64,000 nucleotides of DNA from contig QPMI01000411.1 of NCBI GenBank assembly GCA_004431415.1, positions 62,001 to 126,000 on the forward strand, written 5' to 3'. This stretch comes from Cyanophora paradoxa CCMP329. Its lineage: Eukaryota > Plantae > Glaucophyta. Within the stretch, counting starts at the first letter, position 1; each line of letters starts with the position of its first letter. The position numbers were made by a program, and so were the translations under genes. This document shows positions 12,516 through 23,248 of the stretch, piece after piece. Under the pieces are notes generated by a model. The model was not told where the DNA came from, did not search any database, and worked only from the letters and a program-made list of their open reading frames with translations.

Positions 12516-14498
12516 ATGGCAAAGGAGGAAAATGGCGGGAGCGATGTGGACTCGTCTGCGCGCCCCTGGAGGGCCAGGCTGTTCGCCTCAGCCGCGATAG
12601 CCGGCCCCGAGCACAACGGCCCAGCGCACGGCGTGCTGGTGGCCTTCAAGAGCGGGCCGCCTGCGCGGCGGGAGGATCTCGTGAAGCGGGCGGCAGAGGA
12701 GGGCCTCATTCGTGAGGAGCACGGAGACGTGGTGGTGGCGCGGTGGCGGCCGCGGCTCGAGCGTTTCGACGTTGTGACGAAGGCGCGCTCGAGCGAGCGC
12801 TGAGAGGGCGTCGCCGCAGGGCCCTGACGTCGATGCGCTTGTGCAGAGCACGCCGTTCGAGTACGAGGAGGAGGAGGCGTGCTTCGTGCTGGAGCCGCGC
12901 GGGGAAGGGCTGTGCGCAGGCACGTACAACTTGACAAAGCCGGCGGCGGTACGCGGGTCCAGGCCGCGCAGGGCGCCGCGCGTCGCTGAGGGTGCGCAGG
13001 GCGCGCAGGCCAACGCTGGCGCCAACAACAGCAGCGGCAGCAGCGACGGTAGCAGCAGCACGCCCGCACGGGCCCCTGCGACGCTGAGCGGAGCGAAGCG
13101 CGCGCGCGAGGAGGAGGAGCAGCAGCAGGCGGGGCGCGAGGGGCCCGTCGAAAAGAGCGCGGCGGGCGGGAGCGCGCTGGAGCAGCTCCCGGACGGGATC
13201 GTCCTGCGGGTGCTCGAGCTCGCCGGCGTCGTCGGGGCGTGCCGCATGCGCGCCGTCAGCCGGCGGCTGCGGGCGGTGGCGGCGGGGCGGGCGGATCCGC
13301 CGCAGCAGGCGCTGCTGGACCTCATGGAGTTCGAGGCGCCGCACCGCGTGCTGCGCCGTCTCCTCGAGGCCGTCGAAGGCAAGGGCACCGGCCGCGGCAA
13401 TCTCGGCACCGAGCTCTCTTCCAGCCCCGAAGTCGACCACCTGCTGTCGGCCCCGAGCCTCTGCATCCGCATGCACGACGCGCGGACCTGGGGCCCCTTC
13501 ATCGCTCTCCTGCACAGCCGCGCCGCTCGCGATCATCGCGCCCCGCTGGTCTCTGTGCACGTCAGCTTCCGCCTGGAGACCGGGCACCAGAACCTCTCCT
13601 TCGTGCACGTCGTCTCGGCGCTCAAGCGGGCCGGCGGGTCGCTGGAGGAGCTCCGCTTCGACGTCGAGGGGGAGGCGCGCTTCGACCAGGAGTGCGAGAC
13701 GGGCCACTTCGCCGCCTTCCCCAAGCTCCGCGTGCTCGCCATGCACGGCCTCTACTTCAACGAGGACATGGCCAAGGACATCGCCAAGTCCCTCCCCTCG
13801 CTCAGAACGGTGCCCTCCCCTTGCCCGCGTCGACCTTGCCCTCCCCGGCCGCCTCGCGCTCACGGGCGCCCGCAGCTGGAGGTGTACCCCTCGACGTTCG
13901 GAAAATCGGTCCTGAAGGCGCTCGCGCCGCTCGCGCTGGAGGAGCTCGTCATCGCCGGGGACGGGGAGGTCGCGCGGACCGCGCACGCCCAGCTCGAGGA
14001 GCTCTGCAAGGCGCCGGGCGCCTCCGCCTCCCTCCGCGTCCTCTCCTTCCGCCTCTGGCGCTCGCACCGCGATGACGGTCGCGACCCGTATCCATGCACG
14101 CGTGTTCATGTGCAGGCCGACCCGGACCCGTTCCAAGTACCCCCCGCCTTCGAGCTTCCGATCTCCACCATCGAGGCCATCGCGGGCCTTCCCAACCTCG
14201 AGTACATCGAGGGGTACGTCGAGGTGCGCTCACTTCATGCTCCGCGCCTCCAGCATGCCCTAGAGGCCTGTACCCCCACGTACCCCGTACCCCGTCCCCG
14301 CGGGATGTAACCCTGCAGCAGTTCAGGAGATACGGCCGGAACAGCTACACATACGACGGCAGCGACGAGGACTACAGGGAAAAGCACACCGGCGAGCTCG
14401 AAGACGACCCGCTCGTGAAAGCCGTCGGGAAGCTGGGGAACATGCCCAAGCTCTACTGGATGCAGGTGCGGACCGCTGCCTCCCCTCCGGTCCCCCGC

Positions 14499-14545
<47 letters not shown>

Positions 14546-15271
14546 ACACACACACACAGCCCACCCCCTCAATAGATTAGTAAGTATGGCTGACTCCCTG
14601 CCCCCCTCTACCCCCCACCCCCCTCCCCCCACCCCCCATCACACCCGCTTCTTCCTCCTTCCTCCAACCCCGTCCTCCTCTCCTGCAACCCCTCTCCCCC
14701 TCAATGCGCGCACTGCAGCGCTTGCTGAGAAGGCCGGGCGCAGGTTCTGGTGCGGCTGGACAGCAGCGTTGCGGAGCACAACGCGATCCCCGCTCTCGTG
14801 GGCCTCGTGTACGCTCACAGCGACGACCCCGGCTTCACCGTGGACCTCTTCATCGCGGGGGACCCCGCCGGCACCAAGAACGTGCGCCTGGCGGCGAACG
14901 CCGTCTCGGACATCGTGGACAACTGCCCGGAGCTCCTGTGCGACCTGACCGTCGTGGGCCCGCCGGCGCCGGCCGCCGGCGCCTCGTCCCGCGTGCTGGC
15001 CTTCCCCCTCTCCGGGGCGGGGCGCGGGGAGGATGCGCGCTCGCTCCGCCTCGCCCTCGCCGTCGAGTCGCTGCGGGAGCTCTGGCCCCTCCGCGAGCTC
15101 CGCGAGATGGAGCCCTCCTCGCCCCTCTTCCGCCTCACCGTCCACCTCGCCGTCCCCCGGCGCGCCCTCGTCGAGCTCGCACGCGCCGACCTCGCCGCCT
15201 ACCTGCCCCCCTGCGCCTCCCTCTCCGTCGCCTGGCGCCAGCCCGACAGCCCCCCGGGCTCGCCCCGGTAG
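12516..15271 (+). CDS. F-box protein with degenerate LRR-like repeats
   Basis: F-box SALEQLPDGIVLRVLELAGVVGACRMRAVSRRLRAVA; LxxL repeats (SLEELRF, FPKLRVLAM, LPNLEYI). Introns are consistent with the local splice consensus. Confidence 0.7.
14501..14558. repeat. Poly-C tract followed by a (CA)n microsatellite, intronic
   Basis: About 30 C followed by about 14 CA units, inside an intron of the F-box gene. Confidence 0.9.
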
Positions 15272-15739
15272 ATCTATAGCTGCATCGCGAATTTCAAACC
15301 CGGAACGACGCGATCTGCCATGCTGATTTTCGGAGTTTAACGGTTGCCCCTCTAAATCTGAGGCTCATCTACATCTTTCCCCCCTCTCCCCCCCCTTTTT
15401 TTCCCCGCCTCCTGGCCTCTCCTACCCCTCCCCCCCTCCCCCCCCATCCGAAGAATATCCCATATCCATATATACCCCATGCATGGCCAGGCCCGCTACT
15501 CCATGCTCGGCGTTTCGGCCCATTTGCGTACCAATGCCCCAGGCCCCCGAGGGTACCTCATACCCCCCCCCCCCCCCCTCCCCCCACCCTTTCTCCCAGG
15601 CCCTTTCCAAGTTGTGTTTCCATGCTCAGCTGCTTTTTGTTCACGCCCTTTATGGTTAGCGCTATGCATATGGCTAGCGGCAAACCTAAAGCTATAGCTA
15701 GCTAGCTTATATCAGTCGCGGACAGCGTCGAAGCGGCTG

Positions 15740-17584
15740 TTAATCTTGGCAAGATATCTGAACGTGAAAGAGAGCAGCCTGGAGCACCTCGCGCGAATTC
15801 GCGTCGAGGGAGGCGGCTGCCTTGCCCGTTATCGCGAGGCGAAGGAGGCGCTTGAGGGCCTTGAGGGAGGAGACGGCGACGACGCCGCCCGCCGAGTTGA
15901 GGGGGAGCGGCGCAGAGATTCGCAGCTCCTCGAGCGAAGGAACATCGGAAGCCAGCCTCTGTGGTGGCATCCGGCACCACGTCAGCCCGGATGCATGATG
16001 ACCGGTAAGAATTAGGTTGGCGGGCTCAGCAGCTGACCTTCAAAAATGCGCCCGGAATGACTTGCTCATGTGTCAGGCCAGTGTCAGCATCAACAAGACT
16101 GGGACAGGTCAGAGAAAGCGTCTTGAGATGCGTCCACTCCTTGAGGGAGAGAGCGCCTAAGGCATCAAAGAGGTCGGATCGGGCATGGAAGAAGAGGTCC
16201 TGGTTCGGGCATCAAAAAGAGAAGGGTGCAGACAGCTAAAGCAAGATCACCGTCAGTGAGGACAGCAAACGATGTGAGAGCAGCTCCACCAACATCAATA
16301 TTCATGTCGTGCACACGGTTGGCCTGGATAAGACAGAGGTTCTGCAGGCCGCCAGCAAGAGGCAAAAGCGGGGATATGTCGATCAATCCGTCCATTAACA
16401 GACCGGCGTATTCCAGCTGCGGCATGCCGCTAAGGAAGCCAAGGTGATTGCAATTCATTCCACCAACGAACGCTGCTCGAAAAAATCACATTTGCTCGAC
16501 AAAAGCTTATACTTTGCCACTCACCCCGCAGAGAAGAGAGACTCGACAGCGGCTGCAGATCTTCCTCGGTAGCTACTGGATGGAAGCCATCCCCGTCGAC
16601 GCTGTAGAAGCCTTGTGGTGGCATCAGGGACCACAGCTAGAATCAATGAGAGTTTAAATACTTCCGAGCTTGTTTACCGAGGTACAAGTGCTCGAGTTGC
16701 CGGAAAGCAGCAATGGACGAGATGACAGGACGCAGCTCGCGATTTCCGCCATCCAAGATGACGTCACAATGCAGCCGCTTGAGCGTGGGTGCCAGTGATG
16801 CTAGAACTTGCAGGGTCTCAGGAGTAATCCGTACGCTGATATCGGCGTTGATCATGATTTATCTAGATCTTGCAGTAAGATTTAGAGTGTATATATGCGG
16901 CGGACCATTTCAATTCCAAGGCCACCAACGGAAGCGATGCCAACGCCTGCAACGCGCCTTGAACCAGCGGCCCTGTCATCACGTGCATGTCAATGTTCGT
17001 CCCCTTGCATATGACTGAAAGCTGTAGATTTCGCAAGTCAGTTTGAAAACTCGAATGTCACAAAACAGGACTCTAAATCGAACCTGCTCAAGTCGTGAGA
17101 AATGCTGAATCGCAGTGAGGACACCCAAGGAGATGTTGTCACAAAAAGAAACATTCAAGTTAGTGAGCTGCATGCTGAACTGTCTGCACAGCTTGATGAA
17201 GGATTCGCTGCTGAACTTCGCACTACGCATCCACAGAGAGCGCAGAGCTTCTCGCCGCTTCTCTGGCAAAGCGAAGAGCGCTTCTAAAACGCTTTCGCTA
17301 GCTGTCTTGATGAGCAGGCGCTCCCAGAGGCTGGGACCACCGGCAAGGCTGCGGAAGCGGCGGGAAACATGGCTGAGCTGCACGAGCTCGTTGAAATGCT
17401 GAACATGATCGGTGTAACGCGTACGGGGGGCTCCAGAAGGCTCGCAAATTGGCGCTGCTCCCGGCTTCAAATATGCCGCACCCGACGCCTTCGCGATGAT
17501 GCGGGTGACGAGCTCGTCGGGCAGCGCGTCGAACGGGCTGCCGCCGGCCGCCATCGCCGCCGCCACGCGCGAGGAGGCTGCCAT
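15740..17584 (-). CDS. F-box/LRR protein with atypically low GC
   Basis: F-box PFDALPDELVTRII...LVQLSHVSRRFRSLA...LWERL; LRR-like segments QLTNLNVSFC, FRQLEHLYL, VPSLEELRI. Spliced through GT-AG introns to TAA at 15740. Confidence 0.75.
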
Positions 17585-18073
17585 TGAGTAAGGGCGGCGG
17601 ATCGGATCAGGGCGCCACACGCGCGCGCACCTTGCGCATGCAATTGCAGTTGCGATGTCGACGCGTACGTCGATGGACTAGCGGCGGCCACGCTCGACGG
17701 CGATGCACCCCCTAAGACGACAGCGCGACCAGCTCAGCTCATGCTGCAGCTGATGCATATGGCGCGCGCGGCGGAGCTCGAGGCGTGCTGACCGCCCGGC
17801 GGTGCTTCGTCCCCCCTCGCCCGCTTCGAAGCCCGCTCACAATCCATCTCTCTCGAAAGCACTCGCGAACTGCGATTCGCATTAGCGCGCACGAGAGAGC
17901 ACGGCGGTGCAAGGCCGTTCAAAATTGTGGAAGTGACGAACCGGTCGCCGTGCTCGGCGACCGTCGGCGCCGCGGCTAACGGCTGCTAACTGCCGTGGCG
18001 CTGGCGCCGGTGGCGCCGTGACGGCTACTGGCGGGTACAAGTCGGATTCGGAATTCTCAACTGGTGGGTACAG

Positions 18074-19178
18074 CTTCACGATCTGCCCCTGGCCTCGCTG
18101 CCCGCACATCCGCGGCATCTTTTCCACGCGCCCGCCCGCTGCAGGCCTCGGGGCAGCACTGCGGATCGACATGCGACAGCTGTGCCGCCTGCGGCGCGTA
18201 TGCCGGCGGTTTGCGGAGCTGGTGGAGGCGGGAGGCGCTGCGCCGTGCGCGCGGCTGCCGGTGCTCTTCGACGCGTCCGCCGAGGAGCCGGAGAAGGCGG
18301 CGACGGCCCTGGAGCAGGGCGGCGCCTGCGCCAGCGCCGTCCGCGCGGCGGGCGTGGAGGAGCTGGCGCTCGACGTGACGCTCCGCATCACAGAGGACGA
18401 AGTGTTCAGGCTGGAGGCGCCGCCGGAGAAGCTGCCGGCCTTCTCCCTGGCGCCCCTCGCCGGCTTCCGCTCCCTCCGCGCCCTCTGCCTGCGCGCGACC
18501 TCGCTCGGCTCCCGGCGCGGCTTCGGGCGGCTCGCGCCAGAGCACGTGGAGGCGCTCGCGGGGCTGCCGCACCTCTCCGGCCTCGACCTGCGGGGCCTCA
18601 GCGTCTTCGACGAGACCCTCGCGCCCCTCCGCCTCGCCGCCCTCCGCGCCGAGATCGACGGCTGCCTCCTCGAGGACGTCGTCGCCTGCCTGCCCGCGCT
18701 CGAGCGCCTCGCGCTCTTCTTCGAGCGGGACGAGCCGCCCCCGCGCGAGCAGCTCGCCCGCCTCTCCTCCCTCCGCTCCCTCCGCGGTCCGCCCCGCCGC
18801 ACCCGCCGCCGCCGCCGCCGCCGCCTCACCGCCCGGATGCGCAGCGCTGAGTCTCGTCGGCGGGGGCCTGCCGACGCTCGCGCCGCTGGCCGCGCTGAGC
18901 AGCCTGGAGCACCTCACCCTCGGCCTCGGCTTCTCCACCCGCGTCGACCTCGCCCGGCCCCGCTCTCCGCCCTGTCCGCCCTCCGATGTGCGCCAGCCCC
19001 GCCCCGCCCGGCCCCGCCCCGCCCCGCGGCCTCCTGCAGGCCTGAGGCTGACGCGGCGGCAGCGCTGGACCTCGGCGCGTACCGCCTCTGTTTGGAGGCC
19101 TCGCGCCTCGCCCCGCTCACCCGCCTGGAGGCGCTGCGGCTCCGCGTCTACGCCCTGGTGGAGCCGGCGGGGCGGTAG
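18074..19178 (+). pseudogene. Degenerate F-box/LRR gene, probable pseudogene
   Basis: The F-box-like halves LHDLP and LCRLRRVCRRFAELV lie in different frames, with no clear ATG. LRRs are present (LPHLSGLDL, LPALERLAL, LSSLEHLTL). Another frame break occurs near 18955, and TAG 19176 is followed by a minisatellite. Confidence 0.5.
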
Positions 19179-19301
19179 GTCCAGTGCCTTCAGGCCGACC
19201 GCGAGCGTGCGCAGCCGCTGGGCCCTGGCCCTTGGCGACGTCGCCGTCTCCCTTCTGTGCGCCTGCTCTGCGCGGCCCCCGTTTGTCCAGGCGCGGCGGG
19301 T

Positions 19302-19502
19302 TGCGGCGCGGCGCGGCTCGGCGGGCGGGCGGAGGCGCGGCGGGCGGCGGCGCGGCTCGCCGGGTGGGGCGGAGGCGCGGCGGGCGGCAGCGCGGCTCGC
19401 CGGGCGGGGCGGAGGCGCGGCGGGCGGCGGCGCGGCTCGCCGGGCGGGGCGGAGGCGCGGCGGGCGGCGGCGCGGCTCGCCGGGCAGGGCGGAGGCGCGG
19501 CG
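19302..19502. repeat. 40-bp GC-rich minisatellite, about 5 copies
   Basis: Unit cgggcggcggcgcggctcgccgggcggggcggaggcgcgg at 19341, 19381, 19421 and 19461, plus a diverged first copy. Confidence 0.9.
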
Positions 19503-20269
19503 TGTACGTACCTAAGATTCGGAAGTTAGAGTCGAACCCCCCGCCCACACGCGTGACCATGTCCAGCCTCCTGATATCTATGCTAATTCGAAGTTTCTGG
19601 GCTCGTGAGGGGCCCCTATGGTCGGATTTAAGGAAATGCATTTTTATTATCCTGCGGCGAAAGAGATGTCTAGGGGGGAGTACCGCACACTTCCGGCGCA
19701 CGTCCCAATCTTCAGCAGCGCCGCACCGGGAGAGCACAGAGCATGCATCGGAAGCACCAGCCGGGTAGCCGGGCGCTCTGGCTAGCTCCCCGGCGGCCCC
19801 GCCACCGACCGACCCGACATCATGCCTTCGGCGCGGTCGCACGCCCCGCGCGGCGAGCCTGGCCTAGTCTGGCCACTGGATTAGTTGTATACATGTTACA
19901 GCCGGCCCGTAGCTAGCTACAGCCAGCACCGCGGACGCTCCGCGCCTTGCGAACGGCCGACCTGCGCGGCTTCGGTGACTGCGGGCGATCCGTCGCTCCC
20001 GATGTCGCTGTATCGCTTCCGAAGGTGACACGTGCATGCTAGTACGTGTATACAATGCTCAACTAGCGTTTGCGGTTCGCTGGCAGCACCTCCTCTGACG
20101 CAGCCGGAGTGTGCTCGGGAGAGCGCGGGGCGCTTCGCGGGGGCGAGCGTGGTGCGGTGCCATCATGCGGGGCAGCGTTCTGCACAACTAAGAGCATCGT
20201 TTGTAATCGCAGAACAAGTCCGCACTCGCTGGCGCGGCGCGCCGCTGTCCGCGGCGCCGCCAGCCCACG

Positions 20270-20790
20270 CTCCCCCGCGCCCCCCGCCCGTCCGCCGCGC
20301 GCCCCGCCGCAGGAGCCCGCACCGGGTCGCCCTCGAGCGCCTCGGACGCGAGGGGACGAGGCCGCGACGCCGCCGACGCCTTCCGCCGCCGCCGAGCCCG
20401 CCCGTGCAGCCCGCCCGCGCCCGCCGCGCGCCCGCCGCGCGCCCCGCCGCAGGAGTCCGCGCCGGGCCACCCCGAGCGCCGCGGACGCGAGGGGACGAGG
20501 CCGCGACGCCGCCGACGCCTTCCGCCGCCGCCGAGCCCGCCCGTGCAGCCCCGCCCGCGCCCGCCGCGCGCCCGCCGCGCGCCCCGCCACAGGAGTCCGC
20601 GCCGGGCCACCCCGAGCGCCGCGGACGCGAGGGACGAGGTCGCAACGCCGCCGACGCCTTTTCCGCCGCCGCCGAGCCCGCCCGTGCAGCTCCGCCCGCG
20701 CCCGCCGCGCGCCCGCCGCGCGCCCCGCCGCAGGAGGCCGCGCGGCGCCGCCGCCGGGCGCCCCGGACGCGAGGGGCGAGGCCAGGATGC
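20270..20790. repeat. 140-bp tandem repeat, about 3.6 copies
   Basis: The anchor aggag recurs at 20311, 20451, 20591 and 20732, with near-identical intervening sequence. Confidence 0.9.
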
Positions 20791-23248
20791 GGCCGACGCC
20801 GCAGCTTAGTCTCAGAGGCCCGCGAGCGCTCTATTAAGCCTATATTTTGTTTCAAAAGCATGTAAATGACTTATATTCTGTGCCCTGAGCGCTGCATGCA
20901 ACTGGGCGCGCGAGGATCAATCAGGAGGCATCTGGGGCCCCAATTTCCAGTAGTTCTTGAATACCGACCCAGGCTTTGATCGGCGGCCTTCGGTACCGCC
21001 ACCATCGTCTTCAGCACCTTCGAAAACCCCCGGGGACGTGAAATCGCCACTTGTGAGTGAGTTGATGCTTCAATAAGGCATCATGAGCACGTCGGGGTGG
21101 CATTTTGAAACTTGAAAACTGAAAAGTTCCAGAGAGGGTCCTACGAGCAAAGTTCAAAACACCGGTCGGGCCCAAAAACACTTCGGATCACCCTGTATCT
21201 TGGTGCAGTGATAAAACTGCATGTGATAATGATTCTGGCTCGAAGAGCGGCCAGCTGAGGCCAGCCAGTCGCCCAGGAACTCACTGGCTCACTGGAACTC
21301 ATGAGCGATCTCTGCTGGGGAAGCGCGCGCCGGGGCTGCGCTGCACCCGCGTAAGCTCTATTCATGCGCTCACCGAATCGCGCTATGGCGGCCCTGCGAG
21401 CCCTCGCGGTGCTAAGCCTTTGAAGCGAGATCAAATTGCCCAGGTGCATACACGGCAGGAGCAGGCGACGATCGAGGCGGGCGCGCGCCAGAGCCACGGT
21501 GCATCCACGCAAGCTCTATCAAAGCTAACATCGATTCGCGCTCCCGGCGGCCCGTCGCGCCCTCGCAGTTCGCAGCGGAATCGATTCGCCCAGGTGCCCC
21601 CGCTGGAGGAGGTGCCGCTGGCGGCGGGGGTGCATGCCGCTGCCCTCACGCGCGCTCTGCGCGAGCTCTAGATGTGTCTCGTGGCCCTGAACATCTCAAC
21701 CCGCACCGCCCCGCCGTCGCAGCCATGCCATCTGGAACCGCATGACATGCTTGATTGCACAAGAGAGCGCATCTGCCTGGGGCGCGGCGGGCCACGAAGC
21801 GGGGGCTTGGCGGGACGTTAGCGATGCAAGCAAGCGATGCGCGACCTCGGAGGCGGCGAAAGATGCCATGGCGACTCGAGGCCTGCGAGAGGCGGGGCTG
21901 GATCCAGTTAGGCCGGGGCGCGCGAGCGCGGCGGCGAGGGGCTTCGACACGCACCGATCCGAGACGTTCATGTTATACATGAGCCCTGCGCATGGCCGCT
22001 GCGCTCCTCCGCTGCGGCGTGGCTGCGCTCGGATCAAGTCTCGCGAGAAGGACCTGCGCGTGCGGCTTAGAGTGCACGAATAGACCCTACACGTTAGCTA
22101 TGAGCACCTCTGCATGCCAGCGGGCCCGTTCGCTGCCGCCGTCCGCTGCTGCAGGTTCCACGGGAGAGCCTTCGGGGCGCCCGCCTGGGAACACATCCTC
22201 TGAGCCCCGCCGTTTTTTGAGCTTAATCGAAGTTTCAGAGTGCTCTGCACGTATACGCGAAGATTCAGGCGGGGCTCAGAGGTGGTTTTCACGCACCAGC
22301 GACCGCTAACAAACTGGATCTCGACAACGAGAACCTTAAGGCCCCCCGTTCTTAGGCTATAACGAAGCGCTATGATGCATGATACACGTACGCGACTTAA
22401 GAAGGGCCGCTTAAGGTTCTACTTTTCACGCACCGAGGACCTGAAGTTCGGCGCTCCGTGCTCCGGGCACCGGAGCTCGCTGCCGGAAGCCCCACGTACT
22501 CTTGTACGCCTTAGTGACCTTCCGAGCTTGCTGGCTGATGCCGCCCGGCCGCCGTTGGCTGCGCCGGGCTGTCGCTCCTTCCTCGGGTACGGCCGGATTT
22601 GGGTCCCACCTCGGGGCGGGCTAGTTGCAACGAAAAGAATATTCGATTTCCTTGTTTCAATTAACACAGGCCCCTCACGGCTCTCATTTGAATTCATGAC
22701 GATAACACCTGCACTAGCTACCTGCAAATGTTTGGCGGCTAGGTACGTTTATACATATATACAGTACGCGCGACTCTTTCGATAAAATAAATACCGCACT
22801 CAGTAACCTATAAACTATCAAAGATATCATGATCAGAGCTCCGAGAATGAAGCCACGCTCCGAGATCGAGGCCCTGAGGCGCCCGGCTTCAGAATTCGAA
22901 CTACACAATATCGACACTGTCTTCAAAAAAGCAAACGAGCGCCAAAGCTGCTATAGAAAGCGGCCAGCAGCGCACCGGAAGCTTAAGCTATCTAGGGCCT
23001 CAGCTGCAGGCGGCAGCGGAGGAAACGTACTACACACATGTATATTCACACCCGCAACGCGCGACGGGCTTGCACGAGCTATACCCAGCTACCCCCGAAT
23101 AACGTGTAAGCTACCCGTGTAAAGCTGCCTTCGGAGAGAAGAACGCGAAGGCTCTGGCTCGAGGCAGCGGCTCCTCCTCCTGCTGAGCTTCGCTGACTCG
23201 CTGCCTTCACCGAGCCTCCTCTCTCCTCCTCCTCCTGCTTCGCCTTCT

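Noticed and set aside
21420-21671. Exon-like fragments (VHTRQEQATIE, VPPLEEVPLAAG)
   Set aside because: They could not be joined to a start codon or any recognisable domain.
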